Counted from the first letter of the stretch, positions 28,042 through 42,804 are shown. The stretch is DNA of 64,000 nucleotides from Eledone cirrhosa (GCA_964016885.1 OZ024741.1:320788001-320852000), one strand, 5' to 3'. Notes: a model not told the origin generated them from the sequence alone. Program-made: numbers and translations.

Positions 28042-29246
28042 GAGAATTAGTACATCTACCAACATATGCGTACAGATGTACACTAATGCTAGCAAATATA
28101 TAAGTTATGTCATAGTACCTAGGTGGTTCTATGCAGGGGGATGCAGAACAATTATATGAAAGACGTAAAATAAGAACATTTTTAAAAATTAAAAATTAAC
28201 TTACTTACTAAAATTTTCACTCCAACTGATTAGTTTCTGTAATGGGATAAATATAGTTACGCAATGTAACTATCGGGAATTCATTACGTCATCAGGGAGT
28301 CTATTCTCAGCTAAGTTCCCAGGAAATGCGCGGACACTAGGGACTCATATAAAATAATAATTCAGTGGATGGAATAGCTAGCGAGGACTAAATTCCATAA
28401 CACTAAAAAATTTCACTGCCTCTGGTCAAGTGGCAGATTCTAAAGAATCAATTACGTGACACTGAGGTTAGTCAGTGCTATGGAATTTAGTCCTCGCTAG
28501 CTATTCCATCCACTGAATTATTATTTTTATATGAGTCCCTAGTGTCCGCGCATTGCCTGGGAACTTAGCTGAGAATAGACTCCCTGATGACGTAATGAAT
28601 TCTCGATAGTTACATTGGTAACTATATTTATCCCATTACAGAAACTAATTGGAGTGAAAATTTTAGTAAGTAAGTTAATTTTTAATTTTTAAAAATGTTC
28701 TTGTTTTACGTCTTTCATATAATTGTTCTGCATCCCCCTGCATAGAACCACCTAGGTACTATGACATAACTTATATATTTGCTAGCATTAGTGTACATCT
28801 GTAGGCATATGTTGGTAGATGTACTAATTCTCTATATTGATCTCCAAATTATTTATTTGTTGAGCAAACTTGCCAAATCCACTGCTAATTCATAGTAGCG
28901 GCAGTAGGCTCTTGTCATAATACCACCCCACTCCTACTGACTAACCTCAGTGTCACGTGATTGATTCTTTAGAATCTGCCACTTGACCAGAGGCAGTGAA
29001 CTTTTTCAGTGCTATGGAATTTAGTCTTCGCTAGCTATTCCATCCACTGAATTATTATTTTTATATGAGTCCCTAGTGTCCGCGCATTGCCTGGGAACTT
29101 AGCTGAGAATAGACTCCCTGATGACGTAATGAATTCTCGATAGTTACATTGGTAACTATATTTATCCCATTACAGAAACTAATTGGAGTGAAAATTTTAG
29201 TAAGTAAGTTAATTTTTAATTTTTTAAAATGTTCTTATTTTACGTC

Positions 29247-29251
<5 letters not shown>
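28042..29251. mobile_element. Family D-related retrozyme-like element: inverted segment plus tandem (~534-bp unit)
   Basis: 28042-28475 is inverted. The unit repeats at 28475 and 29009. Diverged relative of 22624-23889. Confidence 0.8.
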
Positions 29252-29279
<28 letters not shown>

Positions 29280-29305
29280 CTTCGTTTATTATAAATTATA
29301 GATAT

Positions 29306-29360
29306 ACTGCTATATATATTTCGGCGACAGCCACCATTGGTTGTGACCTCTTCAGGCAGT
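29306..29360 (-). ncRNA. Minimal type I hammerhead, canonical core
   Basis: Minus strand: ACTGC-CTGAAGA-GG...CC-GAAA-TATATA-TA-GCAGT, in a ~195-bp insert between (TA)n tracts. Confidence 0.7.
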
Positions 29361-29472
29361 CCAAATTGGTGTGGGAAAGACAGGTACACATGTTGTTGAA
29401 GTGTGTTTTACTCCGTTAATACATCGATATGTCCAGCTCCTGGTTGTGTTGTTATTCCTCTGAGGAACTGGA

Positions 29473-29511
<39 letters not shown>

Positions 29512-30277
29512 TGCTGATCTAACTAAACAATTGACCAATAATGGTGTAACCAGGCGGGTAACACTTAACGTCATATATGCCACGCATATATCAGATGGAG
29601 TCTCAATATTACGAAAAAGAAGAGAGACGGCATTACATATTCAACATCAGTTTATTTAAGTGCATCAATTCCGTTATGCACATTTCAAAGACATCAAAAT
29701 GTCATTATTCAACAATAATTCAATGCGTTACTCTAAAGACCCTTCAGAGGAACCCAATTTCGGCCGCTTGTAATCACGATCATATGCTTTCGGTCCTTAC
29801 GCAATGTATACACATATACACATATACACACCCTTATATTAACATACTTTTGCTCATAACTTCGTACTTGCATGCACACACACTCTTTTACTCACATATA
29901 CACACACATTTCTTCTTAGCTTCGTACGGACGTATAATAACACACACACACACACACATGCTTACGTTTTTACAAAACGCTTTTTTTTTTCCATTTCAGG
30001 TAGACGTGCTCCATCATCCACTTTTCTAAAAAATAAATCATACACAAAACGCCAGCTCCAACAGTTTTGCAAGAGATGTCAACATGAATAGACCTGTTAT
30101 TTTTATCTAAAGACATTTTTTTCCAATTCCAACCCACCCGTCCCCTCAATCTATCTTATTTCTCATTCTCTCTTCTGCTATATGAAGCGTTAACCTAGTA
30201 TATCCCTTCCATATACTGGTCCGATTGTGTTGTTATTTCTGTTTGCCTTTTACATACATATATATATATATATATAT

Positions 30278-30601
<324 letters not shown>

Positions 30602-30860
30602 GTCACGCGTGTATGTATATCATTGTTCGAGTGTGATATTGTATTCACTAAAGAGTGAACCCTCAATAGGTAAACATGGAGGTTTTTGTTTTATATTATG
30701 TAAAACACATGTCAACTGGCATATGCTTTCATAGATAATAGAGGCTTTCTGAAGTGACAATAATATCAGCTTGCTTTGGGAAATTCTGAGTACCTAGGAA
30801 GGTATATGACAGTTTGCTAGGCTTTTTTAATATAATATAATATTATATTATACATATATA

Positions 30861-31039
30861 TATTTAATTACATAATAAACAACACAATATAATTATTTCA
30901 TTACCAAAGGCTTCAGGAAACTAGACAATCCTTACATCATCTGATGAACGAGCCGGACGTTTCTGCGAGGATCGTCTAGTTTCCTGAAGCCTTTGGTCAT
31001 GAAATAATCATATTGTGTCGTATATTATGTAATTAAATA
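30861..31039. repeat. Inverted repeat (~70-bp arms) in TA-rich DNA
   Basis: TATTTAATTACATAAT..GGCTTCAGGAAACTAGAC / GTCTAGTTTCCTGAAGCC..ATTATGTAATTAAATA. Confidence 0.75.
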
Positions 31040-31142
31040 GCTCTCTTTTTTCCATTACTTTTTTTACGAAATAATTAACACATAATATATATATATATTA
31101 TGTATTAATTATTTCCGTATACTATGTGGTTAATTATTTCTA

Positions 31143-31181
<39 letters not shown>

Positions 31182-31350
31182 GAGAGAGAAGAGAGAGACA
31201 GTAGGAGATGGTGATGCATACATATATACACGTGCATCTCTGTGCGTAAATGAATAGATATATTTAGATATAAATGTTTCTTGGGTATAGGTATTGCTGT
31301 TAATGTTGTTGTGGTTGCTTGTATCGATTGATATTATTTAATTGTTGTTT

Positions 31351-31545
31351 GGGAGTGGATTGGCAGTATCAGTAGAGGGTCGGACGTCATGCTTTGACGC
31401 AAAGAGTTACGTCGCTTTACGATCTGAGTTCAAATCCCGCCGAGGTTTACTTTGCCTTTCATCCTTACGGGGGTCGATAAAATAAAGTACCAGTAATGTA
31501 CTGGGTAATTGCTGGCCTTGTGCCAAAAGTAGAAACAATTATTTA
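31351..31545 (+). mobile_element. SINE (13889 family)
   Basis: A and B boxes plus the central domain. Confidence 0.88.
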
Positions 31546-33608
31546 ATTGTTGTTTAGACCAAGCTCAGCTAGACCTCATTATAATAAATGGATTCCTCGC
31601 TGTGCAGTCTTTCTTGTTTTATCGATGCGGGAATCTAAGTCTATTTAATTTAATATGTGCTTTCTTTTTTTTTTTTCTTAAAACAGTTGCGTTTGAGTAG
31701 AGTAATATTTATCAACAATTTCATGGACTGCGTGGGGTATTTAGTCACGTCTATTTACATTCGAACTTCACGTCTCTCTATTATTTTTTCTGTAGTCGAT
31801 GACTTGTGTACAGTTTCTCTAGTGGTGATAATTTCAAGGAATGTTTTCCCTTCCTCTCGGGAGAGAAAGCACGTTTTGTGCATCAGGGAGAAGATTTTTT
31901 GCGTTTTTACCACAAAGTACATTTCTGTGTGGTTGAGATGTATGCAACATAGTGTTTGCATCTAAATCGCTGTTGTGGAGTTCTGTATTCATTTATTCTT
32001 GGGCTTCAGTTTGGTGTAGCTCTTGCATTTTTTTTTTCATTTTTGTGAAATCCTTTATACTGTTATTATATAGCATCGAATATGTATTGTGTAAGTTAAA
32101 TTATAGTATTGATAAGTATCTAGAATATGTGTTGTGAGTTGCGTTATAGTGTTAGTAGATGTTTGCCCCATATGTGTAGTGTGTACATTGTTCTGTAGTA
32201 TTGCCAGATGATTCTATAAAATATGCGTTGAGAGTGTTGTATAATACAACACTCTCAACGCATTGGGAGTTGAATGCTTTGAATATACACTATATAGAAA
32301 TTTGATGTTTTATAATCTTGGGAAATGAATGTATAGAAAGTATACTGTATGGATGTAATTGTGTAGAATAATTACAGCGTAGGTTGCCTTATTGTATCGG
32401 TTAGTGATTTTTAAGAATATGTGCTCTGTAAGATATGCTATTGTATAACGTTTTGACTGTAAACAATATGTGGGAGATGCTATAAATGTATTTCGAAATA
32501 CAAGGTGTATTTATAAAAATGGAATGTGAACGCTGTGATACAGAGTTCAATGTTCTTGCACGCAATGTATGCCACGCCAAGCATACTTTTAACGTATGTT
32601 AAGTTGTTGCTTGTTCTTTGGTTGTCGTTATGTAGCCCCTATTCAACCTTGACTAAGCAGACCGAAGATGAACTACATTACTCTAATGACCATTCTCGGT
32701 TTCACTTCCAGGCTACATTATCCAAATGTCTAGAACTTATTCATTATTGCACTTTAGCTCCTGCTGTCCCCAACGGATAAGATCTAAGATAAAATGAAAA
32801 TATTCTACCCGTGACTATTCCGTCATTTTCGCTGTCATAGAGCACCATGGAGCATATTCTCTAACGCGACCTTCCTTCTTTGAGACGTTGAGATGTGATA
32901 TCAGGAAGATTTCACTACTCTTTCTAGCAGATTAAACAACGACGCATGTATAGGCTCCTACATACGATTGGATGTTTCTACTTGTGTGTGGAAGGGAGAA
33001 GGGGTAGTAATATATTTTTTTATTATTTTTTAACTCCCTATAAACTTTTAGTTTATTGCCCTTGGAACATTTTATTTTGCCGGAATTATTTTATCCGCAC
33101 ATCAAAAAATTTAACTTCTAGCCTTTTATATTCTCTAATCAAAGACATAAATCTCTTTAATCACAGTAGCTTTGGTTATATAGCTTAACGTCACTATGTT
33201 TTTAATTATATTTTATTGCTATTTTTATCGGGTTATTTAAGAAATCACACATTATTGCTATTTTATAGCTTATCTTTCCAGACTGTCTCTGTTCTTTGTC
33301 ATTCTCTTATTTGTCTTATTTTTATTGATTCTGGCTTCTGTTATTACACAGATTGTTGCATAAATTAACTAAATATATATTTCACATATATTTGTGTCAC
33401 TCTTCCCATATTGAATTGTTTTATTATGTATGTAGATATGTACTCTTCTTGTTTATATTGAGAACTTTCATTTCTTATTTAGCAAATATCAGGCTTTAAC
33501 ATATTTTGTGAGGTAGATAAGATCGACTAGACCATTGAAGGTGCCCCCAGAATAAACGAGATTCGACGGCTGGTACCAGTGAAAGATGTGTAGTGATATA
33601 TATGTATA

Positions 33609-33680
<72 letters not shown>

Positions 33681-33694
33681 TATATATATGTATA

Positions 33695-33740
<46 letters not shown>

Positions 33741-34013
33741 TATATATATGTATATATATATACTATATATATGTATATACTATATATATATATATATATA
33801 AGTATTGAAGTTTCCGTTGAAAATTGAAAAGTCATAGGAGTGAAGAGTGCTCTATGTAAGTACCAGAGCAAAATTTAATGTATAATAAACAATATATATA
33901 TATATTTCACATTACACGCACTCATATGTGCATATATATATATATAAATATATATGCACATATGAGTGTATGTGAGTGTGTGTAATGTGAAATATATATA
34001 TATATATTTATAG

Positions 34014-34091
<78 letters not shown>

Positions 34092-34134
34092 ATATATATA
34101 TATATATGAATATATATGAATATATACACATACA

Positions 34135-34185
<51 letters not shown>

Positions 34186-34189
<4 letters not shown>

Positions 34190-34393
34190 ATAATAAATTT
34201 GAAGACTAAAATCCAAAGAGGCCTCGATAAGGATAAATATATATCAAATATATAAGAACCGTAGAGCAAATATTTATTAAAATAACAGATTATATTTTAA
34301 GCAAAGAATCGCTGCTTTCACTCTTAACGGGATCTTCAGAAGATCCTGTTAAGGGTGAAAGCAGCGATTCTTTGCTTAAACTTTAATCTGTTA

Positions 34394-34400
<7 letters not shown>
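34186..34400. mobile_element. Family C palindromic insertion
   Basis: Centre GATCTTC-A-GAAGATC (34338), flanked by (TA)n. Confidence 0.85.
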
Positions 34401-34466
<66 letters not shown>

Positions 34467-35464
34467 GTATGCTCTAATGTTTCTGACAATTCTCCATCAT
34501 CCTCTTCACTCGCCTACAGTAGCCTGGCAGCCACAATCCTTCTTCACCCCTCGTAAATTTCATAATTAGTGGCTGCCCTGTGGTCCGCTGAATAGTGTCG
34601 GCCATCTGTGAGATTTTAATCTTTGGGTAGAATTTGGAATGAGAACGCAAAGTGCCATAGCAGATGCCCTAATGCATCGTATTTGACCCTTTAACAATTA
34701 CTTCAATCCACCATCAATCCCGAAATAATTATGGCAGGCGGCATCGGGCTATCAGGACACAGAACCAGAATCAGTATGCAAGACATGTTGGCTTCCTAAA
34801 CTCTAACGTCTCCAATTTACCACTATATATGTATGTATGGACACATAACTCTTGGTGCAATCATAATGACGCTGTAGATAGGTACGGTGTTTCTTGGGCA
34901 TTTTGAACATGGTGGAACCCACTATTCTCCAGATTTAAATAGAGTGAATTTGTTCCAGAGAAAGAGAGAATAAAGAGGAAATGAGAAAAAAGATATGGAG
35001 GAAGAATCGACCTCAATACTGGACTAGCATTTTTTTATCGCCCTCTGAGAAGCAAAGTTGTCCTTAGCGGTATTTGAACTCAGCGAGCCGGCATGATTAT
35101 TGCAAAGCAGTCTATCCTTTAATCTAATGACTGCTAATTCTGTATTAATCAGTAAATATAAAATATCCATTAGGTTTTACTTCTCTTTCGTTATTTTTTC
35201 TCTCATTAAATTAACTAGCTTGCACTATTTAACTTGCTCTCTCACAACGGCATACATTCACCTCCGCCGAGGCGTGAATTTACACTTCATCAGTCACAGC
35301 CGAATAAATTAACTAACTGGTTTCTATTGGTGGAAAAACATAAATCTATTCAACCCCGGCTTCTACATATTTGTCGGACTGACACGAATTTAATAAGCTT
35401 TTATTATAATTGTCGTCGTCATTGAGTTATAAAGAACTATATTTTTAGGTTTACATTAAAAGGC

Positions 35465-35559
<95 letters not shown>

Positions 35560-36020
35560 TGTGTGTGTGTGTGTGTATGTGTGTGTGTAAGTATATGTAT
35601 GTATATTTAAATATATATATATGTGTGCATGTGTGTTTCTTTGTTTCTGTGTTTCGATTTACACATGTATATGCGTATACAAGTCGAAAATGAAGAAGAT
35701 AATGTTATTGATGATGATGAAGAGGAGGAAGTTGTTGATGATGTTGATGATTGTGATGATGGCCATCTTTAGGGTTGTAAAATTTGACATAATGCGATTA
35801 TTTGTACATTAGTCATACAGGATTACATGCACAAAATATACGCGTATTAGGAAGCTCCAACTGTTAAGGTTGTCTTTTTTTCCGGGTATGTTAATATTTA
35901 TTTATAAAACAAATCTGTATTTTATCTGATGAAAGCGCACCATAATTTGCCTTGGTTGCCCTTGAAATATGTATAATAAAATATATATGGTTTATAAATA
36001 TAGTTTCCATTTATTAATAT

Positions 36021-36089
<69 letters not shown>

Positions 36090-36125
36090 GTGTATATATA
36101 TATACACACGTATATATATATATTT

Positions 36126-36243
36126 GAAAAAAAGGAAAAGAAGACTTCACTCGTAGTGTTAAAAAATTTGATTTAATTTTATAATATTATAATATTATAA
36201 TATTATGAGTTGGTAGATCTAGTAAGTTCTTTGTTAATTTCGC
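36126..36243 (-). mobile_element. Family F 3'-end fragment abutting the PLE 5' end
   Basis: Reverse complement of ~42490-42620. Confidence 0.7.
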
Positions 36244-39200
36244 TGGCAAGGCGAAGTAAAGAACAAGTCATCCTCCAGCGAAAATTCCCGATTAAAGAAC
36301 CAAATGAAGAACCAAATGAAGAAACCAAAATAGGACAAAATCCACCAATCCAGAAAATTGAGACAGAAATCACTCTACTCCGTCGAAGAGTGCCAAAATT
36401 TAAAGAGAAATTCGAAAAATGTGACACCACACTTAGAGAAGAAATAAACAAAAGAAGCATCGGTAATATACGGGAAAACTCTTTGACCTTTGGAAGAATG
36501 ATACAACCAGAGAGGAACTGAAATCAAAGAAAATCTTGGAGTCAAGAACACAATGGCTACAAGAATATGAAAAAATATATGGGAAAGTCCAAATAAAATC
36601 CAAAAAACAAACCTATAAGAAACCTTCAAATTCGGGGATTAACAAAAACACAAGAAATGAAGAATTCTCACACAATAAGCAAACATCAACCGGAAATCGG
36701 AGAATCGCAAACACACAATTATACACAAACCAAATACTGAACACCAGAACCAGATACAACTACTATCAAAACCCCAAGAACAATTACCAGCGGCAAAATA
36801 AAAGGCATATGATGAACGAACGGAACAACAGAAGAACTAGACCCTCATATATCAACCACCAAAAAATACTACCGTTCAGAAAATTATCAACATGAAATGC
36901 CAGCGAACAGAACATTTCACCACAACAGAAACACCTCAAATGGGAATTATTTATTAGAACAAGGTGCCTCGCACCAAATGAAAGGAAAAAAGAAACACCA
37001 CCCTTCAAGTGGCACCCGACGAGAAAACTCCAAAGGAACCAAAAATAATCAACATATCAGCAAAAAAACTAACACAACAGGAAATAAAATTGCTAGAAAA
37101 TGGACTGAAATTCACACCCACTCCAAAAGCAGATCAAGCCGACCTTATAAAAGACACAGAAGATTTTTGTCAAAAATCACGTCTAGGAGAATTCTTCCAG
37201 GGTGTAGAATACGAGGAGGAATCACTAATAAGAAATAAAAAGAACTTCAGGCCTCCGTTAAATAGAGACAAACGCCCGGAGGATTACATAACCTACCTCC
37301 AACGATCGGCACAGTCAAATATTAGAGAGACGAAACACAAACGCAACATCCCTACAGACCAACTGCAAGCACTAAACAAACTACAAAAAGACTCCTCAAT
37401 AATCATAAAAGAAGCGGACAAAGGTGGAGCAATCATCATCATGGACAAAAACCACTACAAGGATATGGTCCTAGAACAGTTGAATAACGAGGACTTTTAC
37501 AGAAAAATCAGCAAAAACGAAGAAAGAAAATCGATGATTAAAGTAGGTAAACTGACGACCAAGTACGAAAACAACCTCACACTAAAGGAAATCAATTACC
37601 TAACCAACTTCGAAATGAAAATCAACAACTTCTATGGTTTACCGTAGATTCACAAATCCAGAGAAATCCAAAACAATATAAAAGGCAAAAATACATCATA
37701 TGTTGAAGTACCAAAACCGACAGATTTAAAATAACGCCCAATTGTTGCTGGTCCAGCCTCAAACACACAACGTCTAAGCAACCTATTAGACATCATACTG
37801 AAACCCTTATGTAAAAAAGTGCCAAGCTTCATCAGAGATGATATGGAATTCCTGAACTATATCCCCCAGAAAGTGCACCAAGAAACAATCTTAGTCATCT
37901 TTGACTTAACAAGCTTATATACTAACATCCCACATGACTTAGGAGTTGAAGCTGTTGATTTCTGGAATACAAAACACACAGACTACATTTCAGAGAGATT
38001 CCCCAAAAAATTTACTTTGGAAGGACTCAAACTAGTACTGGAGAACAACCACTTCCATTTTGATAACGAGCTAATAAAAGGAACGGCCATGGGTACCAAA
38101 GTGGCCCCAACATATGCAACACTCGTTATGAGCTACCTGGAGGCAAAATTACATTCCAAACTGCAGGAAACATTCAGTCATGACTTCGCCACCTACATTA
38201 ATCACAACTGGAAACGCTACCTAGACGACTGCTTCCACTTCTGGAATAGAATCCAAGAAGACCTGCAAAGATTCCATTCCATCGTAAACAATCTTCACGA
38301 AGAAATAAAATTCACCATGGAATGTAATAAAAAGGAACTACCGTTTCTGGATATCCTTGTCATTAATGAAGGGGAAAATATCAAAACAGACTTATTTTAC
38401 AAACCAACAGACACACACCAATACTTGAATTTCCGTTCAGCACACCCCATCACATACCAAAAGGAACATTCCTTTTAACATGGCAAGACGCATCTGCACC
38501 ATAGTAACACATCCCGCACTACAGGAAAAAAGATTATATGAATTAAAAGAGTTCCTTAAAAGACAAGAATATCCGGTGAACCTCATCAACACAGCTATCT
38601 CCAAAGCCCAAGACATCCCAGTGACAACCCTCAGAAAAACAAAGCCACAAAATAGAATGGAAAAATCAGTTATCCCTTTTGTCATCACTCACAATCTAAG
38701 GAACTTCAACATTGTAACAGCCGCCAAACAATATCTACCGATTCTCCAGCAGTCCCCTAAAATGAATGCACTCATAAAAGACGCACAAATTATATATAGT
38801 GGACGCCAAGCACCCAATCTAAAGAAACTGCTTACCAAGGCAAAATTTACGTCTAATAATGAAACAATGCAAGTTAAGAAATGCGAGAACCCTCGATGCG
38901 GAACTTGCGAACACATTGAAGAGGGTGGACAAATCTCCTTTAAAAACAACCAGTCTTTCACAGTTAATGCAAACATGAATTGCAAAACAAAAAACTTGAT
39001 TTACTGTGCAACCTGCCCACAATGTAAAGAATACTACATTGGTGAAACCGGAACGGGTCTACACGACAGAGTTCGAATACATAAACCACAAATTAGAGTC
39101 CCCTCTGTCAGAACCACCACATGCAGTGAACATTTCACAATTTTCTCCTTTAAGATATGGTCGGACAACGAACATTTCCGAAAATATAAAGAAGAATTCT

Positions 39201-39380
39201 TTATTAGAAAATACAAACCATTAATCAACACAAAAATGTGATATTCCATCTTCAAGTAACGGGATCCCCCCCCCCCTCCCGCCCTCTCTTTTCTTTAAAC
39301 AAATCTCATATTGAAAAAGAAAAATAGTTGATGGCACCCGTACTTTCAAACATTCGATCGCTGAAGAGAAGAAAAACCCT
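36243..39380 (+). mobile_element. Penelope-like retroelement (Neptune-type: RT, Cys linker, C-terminal GIY-YIG), decayed
   Basis: GLKFTPTP, ADKGG, FYGLP.IHK, D..SLYTNI, GTAMG...AP.YA, RYLDD, LPFLD, C-x4-C-x2-C linker and LIYC..C..C..YYIGET. Several stops and frameshifts. Confidence 0.93.
37009..39241 (+). pseudogene. PLE RT-GIY-YIG polyprotein pseudogene
   Basis: ORF pieces 37009-37647, 37819-38478 and 38480-39241. In-frame TAG (37647) and TAA (~37734), and a frameshift near 38447. Confidence 0.9.
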
Positions 39381-39588
39381 CAGAGGTACAATAACATTTC
39401 ATTAATTTCCTCTTCCTCACACCAATGTATATATGAACATAAACACTTGAGTAGATGAGTATGTGTGCATGTGTGTGTGTGTATATATATATATATATTT
39501 ATGTATGCACGTGCGTATGTGTGATATATATATATATGTGTGTGTATGTGTGGATATATATATATAATATATTTATATGTATGTATAT

Positions 39589-39649
<61 letters not shown>

Positions 39650-40642
39650 AATGAATAATAACAGGTAGACATCATAAAAAGGTAATTTATTCCGTGTGTT
39701 TTCAAGTGTTTCCACGGTGGTACTGCAGCCTAGTTATGCTACGTGCAAATTCACAAGTACTTGCAGAACTCAAATATCCAATGCTGTGACCACTGTTTCC
39801 TCAGAGCAGAACCTAATATATATATATATATGTGTGTGTGTATATATAAAGAAAATATAAGGATATATAAAATGTGTATATATGGAATATGTATGTGTAT
39901 GTATGTATATACATAGAATGTATGGAATATATATATGTATTAGATTCTCTTAGAGTTGTCTGGAATGTATAGTCTTGCACGCGATGATGAACCATAGGCT
40001 ATTCCATTTCACTCAACAACTCCCTGGCGAAACAGATCTCTTTGGATTTGTACGCGTGTGTTATATATTGAGGTGCGTATATACATTTTAATTTATATTT
40101 TTAATTATTGTGTTTCCCCTGCCTTCCATAGATTATAGACTCCATACACTGGTGGTTTTCCCTGTTTTATTGATGGCGCACTATCTCTCTCTAGTGTGTT
40201 ACCTTTTCAACATATTGTATTTTATATATGTATATATATGTATATGTATATATGTTTTATATATGTATATATATGTATATGTATATATGTATATATGTGT
40301 ATGTATATATATATGTGTGTATATGTGTGTGTATGTATGTATAATATATATATATGTGTGTGTGTATGGGAGATATATATGTATATATGTGTATATATAT
40401 AAATATGTGGGATATATATATGTATATAGGATATGTATAGTGTATATATAGGATGTATATGATATGTGTGGGATATATATGTGGTATATTTATAGGATAT
40501 ATATAGTGTGTATATAAAATGTATGTATGGTATATGTGTAAAATATATATATGGTGTGTGCATAGGATATATATATATATGTATGTAGAAAATATATATA
40601 TGTGTGCATGTGTTGTATATATATGTATGAAATATATGTATA

Positions 40643-41525
40643 CTAGCTGACCCGTCCGGCTGGCGCCCGGCTAGGTTTACCGGCATTTTATCTTTTCAGG
40701 AATCCCCCTCCACTCTAGTGCAAAGATACCGCACGCCCTCTCTGAAAGGGGGGGGGGTAACGTGCTCTGATGTTGGGTTTGAATAGTTTTTAGGATTCCC
40801 CAGTTCAACAGCCAGTACGTTAAAGATAAATGATAGTTACAACAATAAAGGCTGAACAGAGATCACATTTTTTAACAAACAATAATTTGTACAGCCATAA
40901 TGGAAATTCCAAGTAACAGAAAATATTTAAATTACATTATTAGAGCCTGAGAGCATACAATATTTTTTGTTCGGCCCTCCGGAGCAAAGATGAAGAGATT
41001 GTTTGGCGAGTTCACCCCCAGAGCATCCTACATACAATTGACCATGGGAGAATCGCTGATTTCGTAGCTCGCGGAGAAGCTCTGTAGACGTTGACCTCTG
41101 GACACTCCTGTCAGGAGCAGGTAAGCTGTAGTGACTTAGAGGCCTACCACCAATCTCCAGGACACTGTTTTCAAGACAAATGAGCGCATCATTGAAAACG
41201 ACATCTTATGTTACGTTTGGATTGTGTCTGCGTGTGCGGTGGAGGATGTCCTCAGCTAGACTTTCACGGTGGTTGTTCCACAATGCGAGAGGGCGGGCGA
41301 GATCGCAGTTGTGTAGCATAATAGCAAAACATTTTCGCAGCTGAGAAGGGACTTTAGCAGTTGCTGCTTCTTGCAAGGTGAAGTGCCAATGGCTGTCATC
41401 GTTTAAACATACCACGCATTTGGCAAGCCAAACGGTAAGTGGAACATTGATGGCCATTGATGGTTCTCAGATCTTGGAAAGACTGTGGTCCTCTAATCTC
41501 GAACAGTAACAATGACGATAAGCTG
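40643..41525 (-). mobile_element. Internally deleted Helitron 3' part with RepHel remnants
   Basis: LLFEIRGPQSFQDLRTING, TLQEA..PSQLR..FA, and Pif1 motif FSHGQLYV..S..TKNIV. 3' hairpin followed by CTAG|T at 40643. Confidence 0.9.
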
Positions 41526-41577
41526 TTGTGCTTTCGTGAAATAAATAGGTTTTGTTTTTGTGTACACGAATATATAT

Positions 41578-41866
41578 ATTAAAATAACAGATTAAAGTTT
41601 AAGCAAAGAATCGCTGCTTTCACCTTTAACGGGATCTTCTGAAAATAAAAAAATCAGTCTGTGGACGCAGAAGTAAATATTTCGAAAATTGTTATCTAAA
41701 GCAGATAGCTAGACATACAGACTAAGAAAAAGAAGGGAATGTTGTGCGACGTCATAAGAAAAAGTGAGGAATGACGTATAATCGGAAGTGTTGACATTTA
41801 AAATGTTAAAGAAGTGAATATTTAAATAATGTCTTTAATCTTTTAACAAAATTCAGTAGACAAAAA

Positions 41867-41868
<2 letters not shown>
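41578..41868 (-). mobile_element. Family C copy with longer upstream region
   Basis: Identity to 27482-27573 and the same CAGAAGA core. Confidence 0.8.
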
Positions 41869-41905
<37 letters not shown>

Positions 41906-41907
<2 letters not shown>

Positions 41908-42622
41908 GGGGTGAGGTAGGTTGCTTAACTAAACATCTGTACACCAACTATGCCTCTCAGATCCGGCCTGACTGGGCAATAGTAAAGTAGCACCCATAAA
42001 ATAGTAATGGAAAACAACCATCATACACCTCATTAAAACCCAGACACGCACCTAAATTCATCTTTGATATAGAAATTTGTAGAAGCTATTCTTTATAAAT
42101 TTGAGAGAGTTGATTCAGCTATAAGAAACGAATTTGAAAAACACCCTGCCATGATATACTCATGAAAGGTCAGCTCATGAAATAAAACCAGCAGGAGGGG
42201 ATGTTTACAACCACCTTCTCAAACACCCTTTTCTTGCAACCTCACCATTTTCTGAGTGTATATATGTGTGTGTGTGTGTGGTGTGTGTGTATGTATTCTT
42301 TAATTCCACCAAATCTTCATCATCATCAACACTCATTAACACCACACCCCACACCCCAGAGACATCCAAATCTCTCTTATATATAGTCACACATCTCAAC
42401 ACAACCTTATCTAAGTTTGACAATCGCCACAGACGAATGCGAGTAAGTTCTCCAACCAAAGTTAACCAGGAATCTTTCAAATTCTTCCCACCGAAGTTAA
42501 CAAAGGACTTACTAGATCTACCAATTCATAATATTATAATATTATAATATTATAATATTATAAAATTAAATCAAATTTTTTAACACTATAAGTGAAGTCA
42601 TTCTTTTCATTTTTTTAAAATA
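41906..42622 (+). mobile_element. Family F PLE-like 3' fragment with degenerate hammerhead
   Basis: TA-flanked, with a 3' end shared with 36126-36243. Fold at 42409-42517. Confidence 0.5.
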
Positions 42623-42653
42623 TACCTAACTGTACCAAGGATCTCAGACATTT

Positions 42654-42706
<53 letters not shown>

Positions 42707-42731
42707 CATGTACGAATATACGCACACACAA

Positions 42732-42795
<64 letters not shown>

Positions 42796-42804
42796 CCCCA
42801 TACT

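Noticed and set aside
36500-38480. Selenocysteine-type UGA recoding as in Naiad PLEs
   Set aside because: The RT-region stops are TAG/TAA plus frameshifts, and the GIY-YIG is C-terminal.
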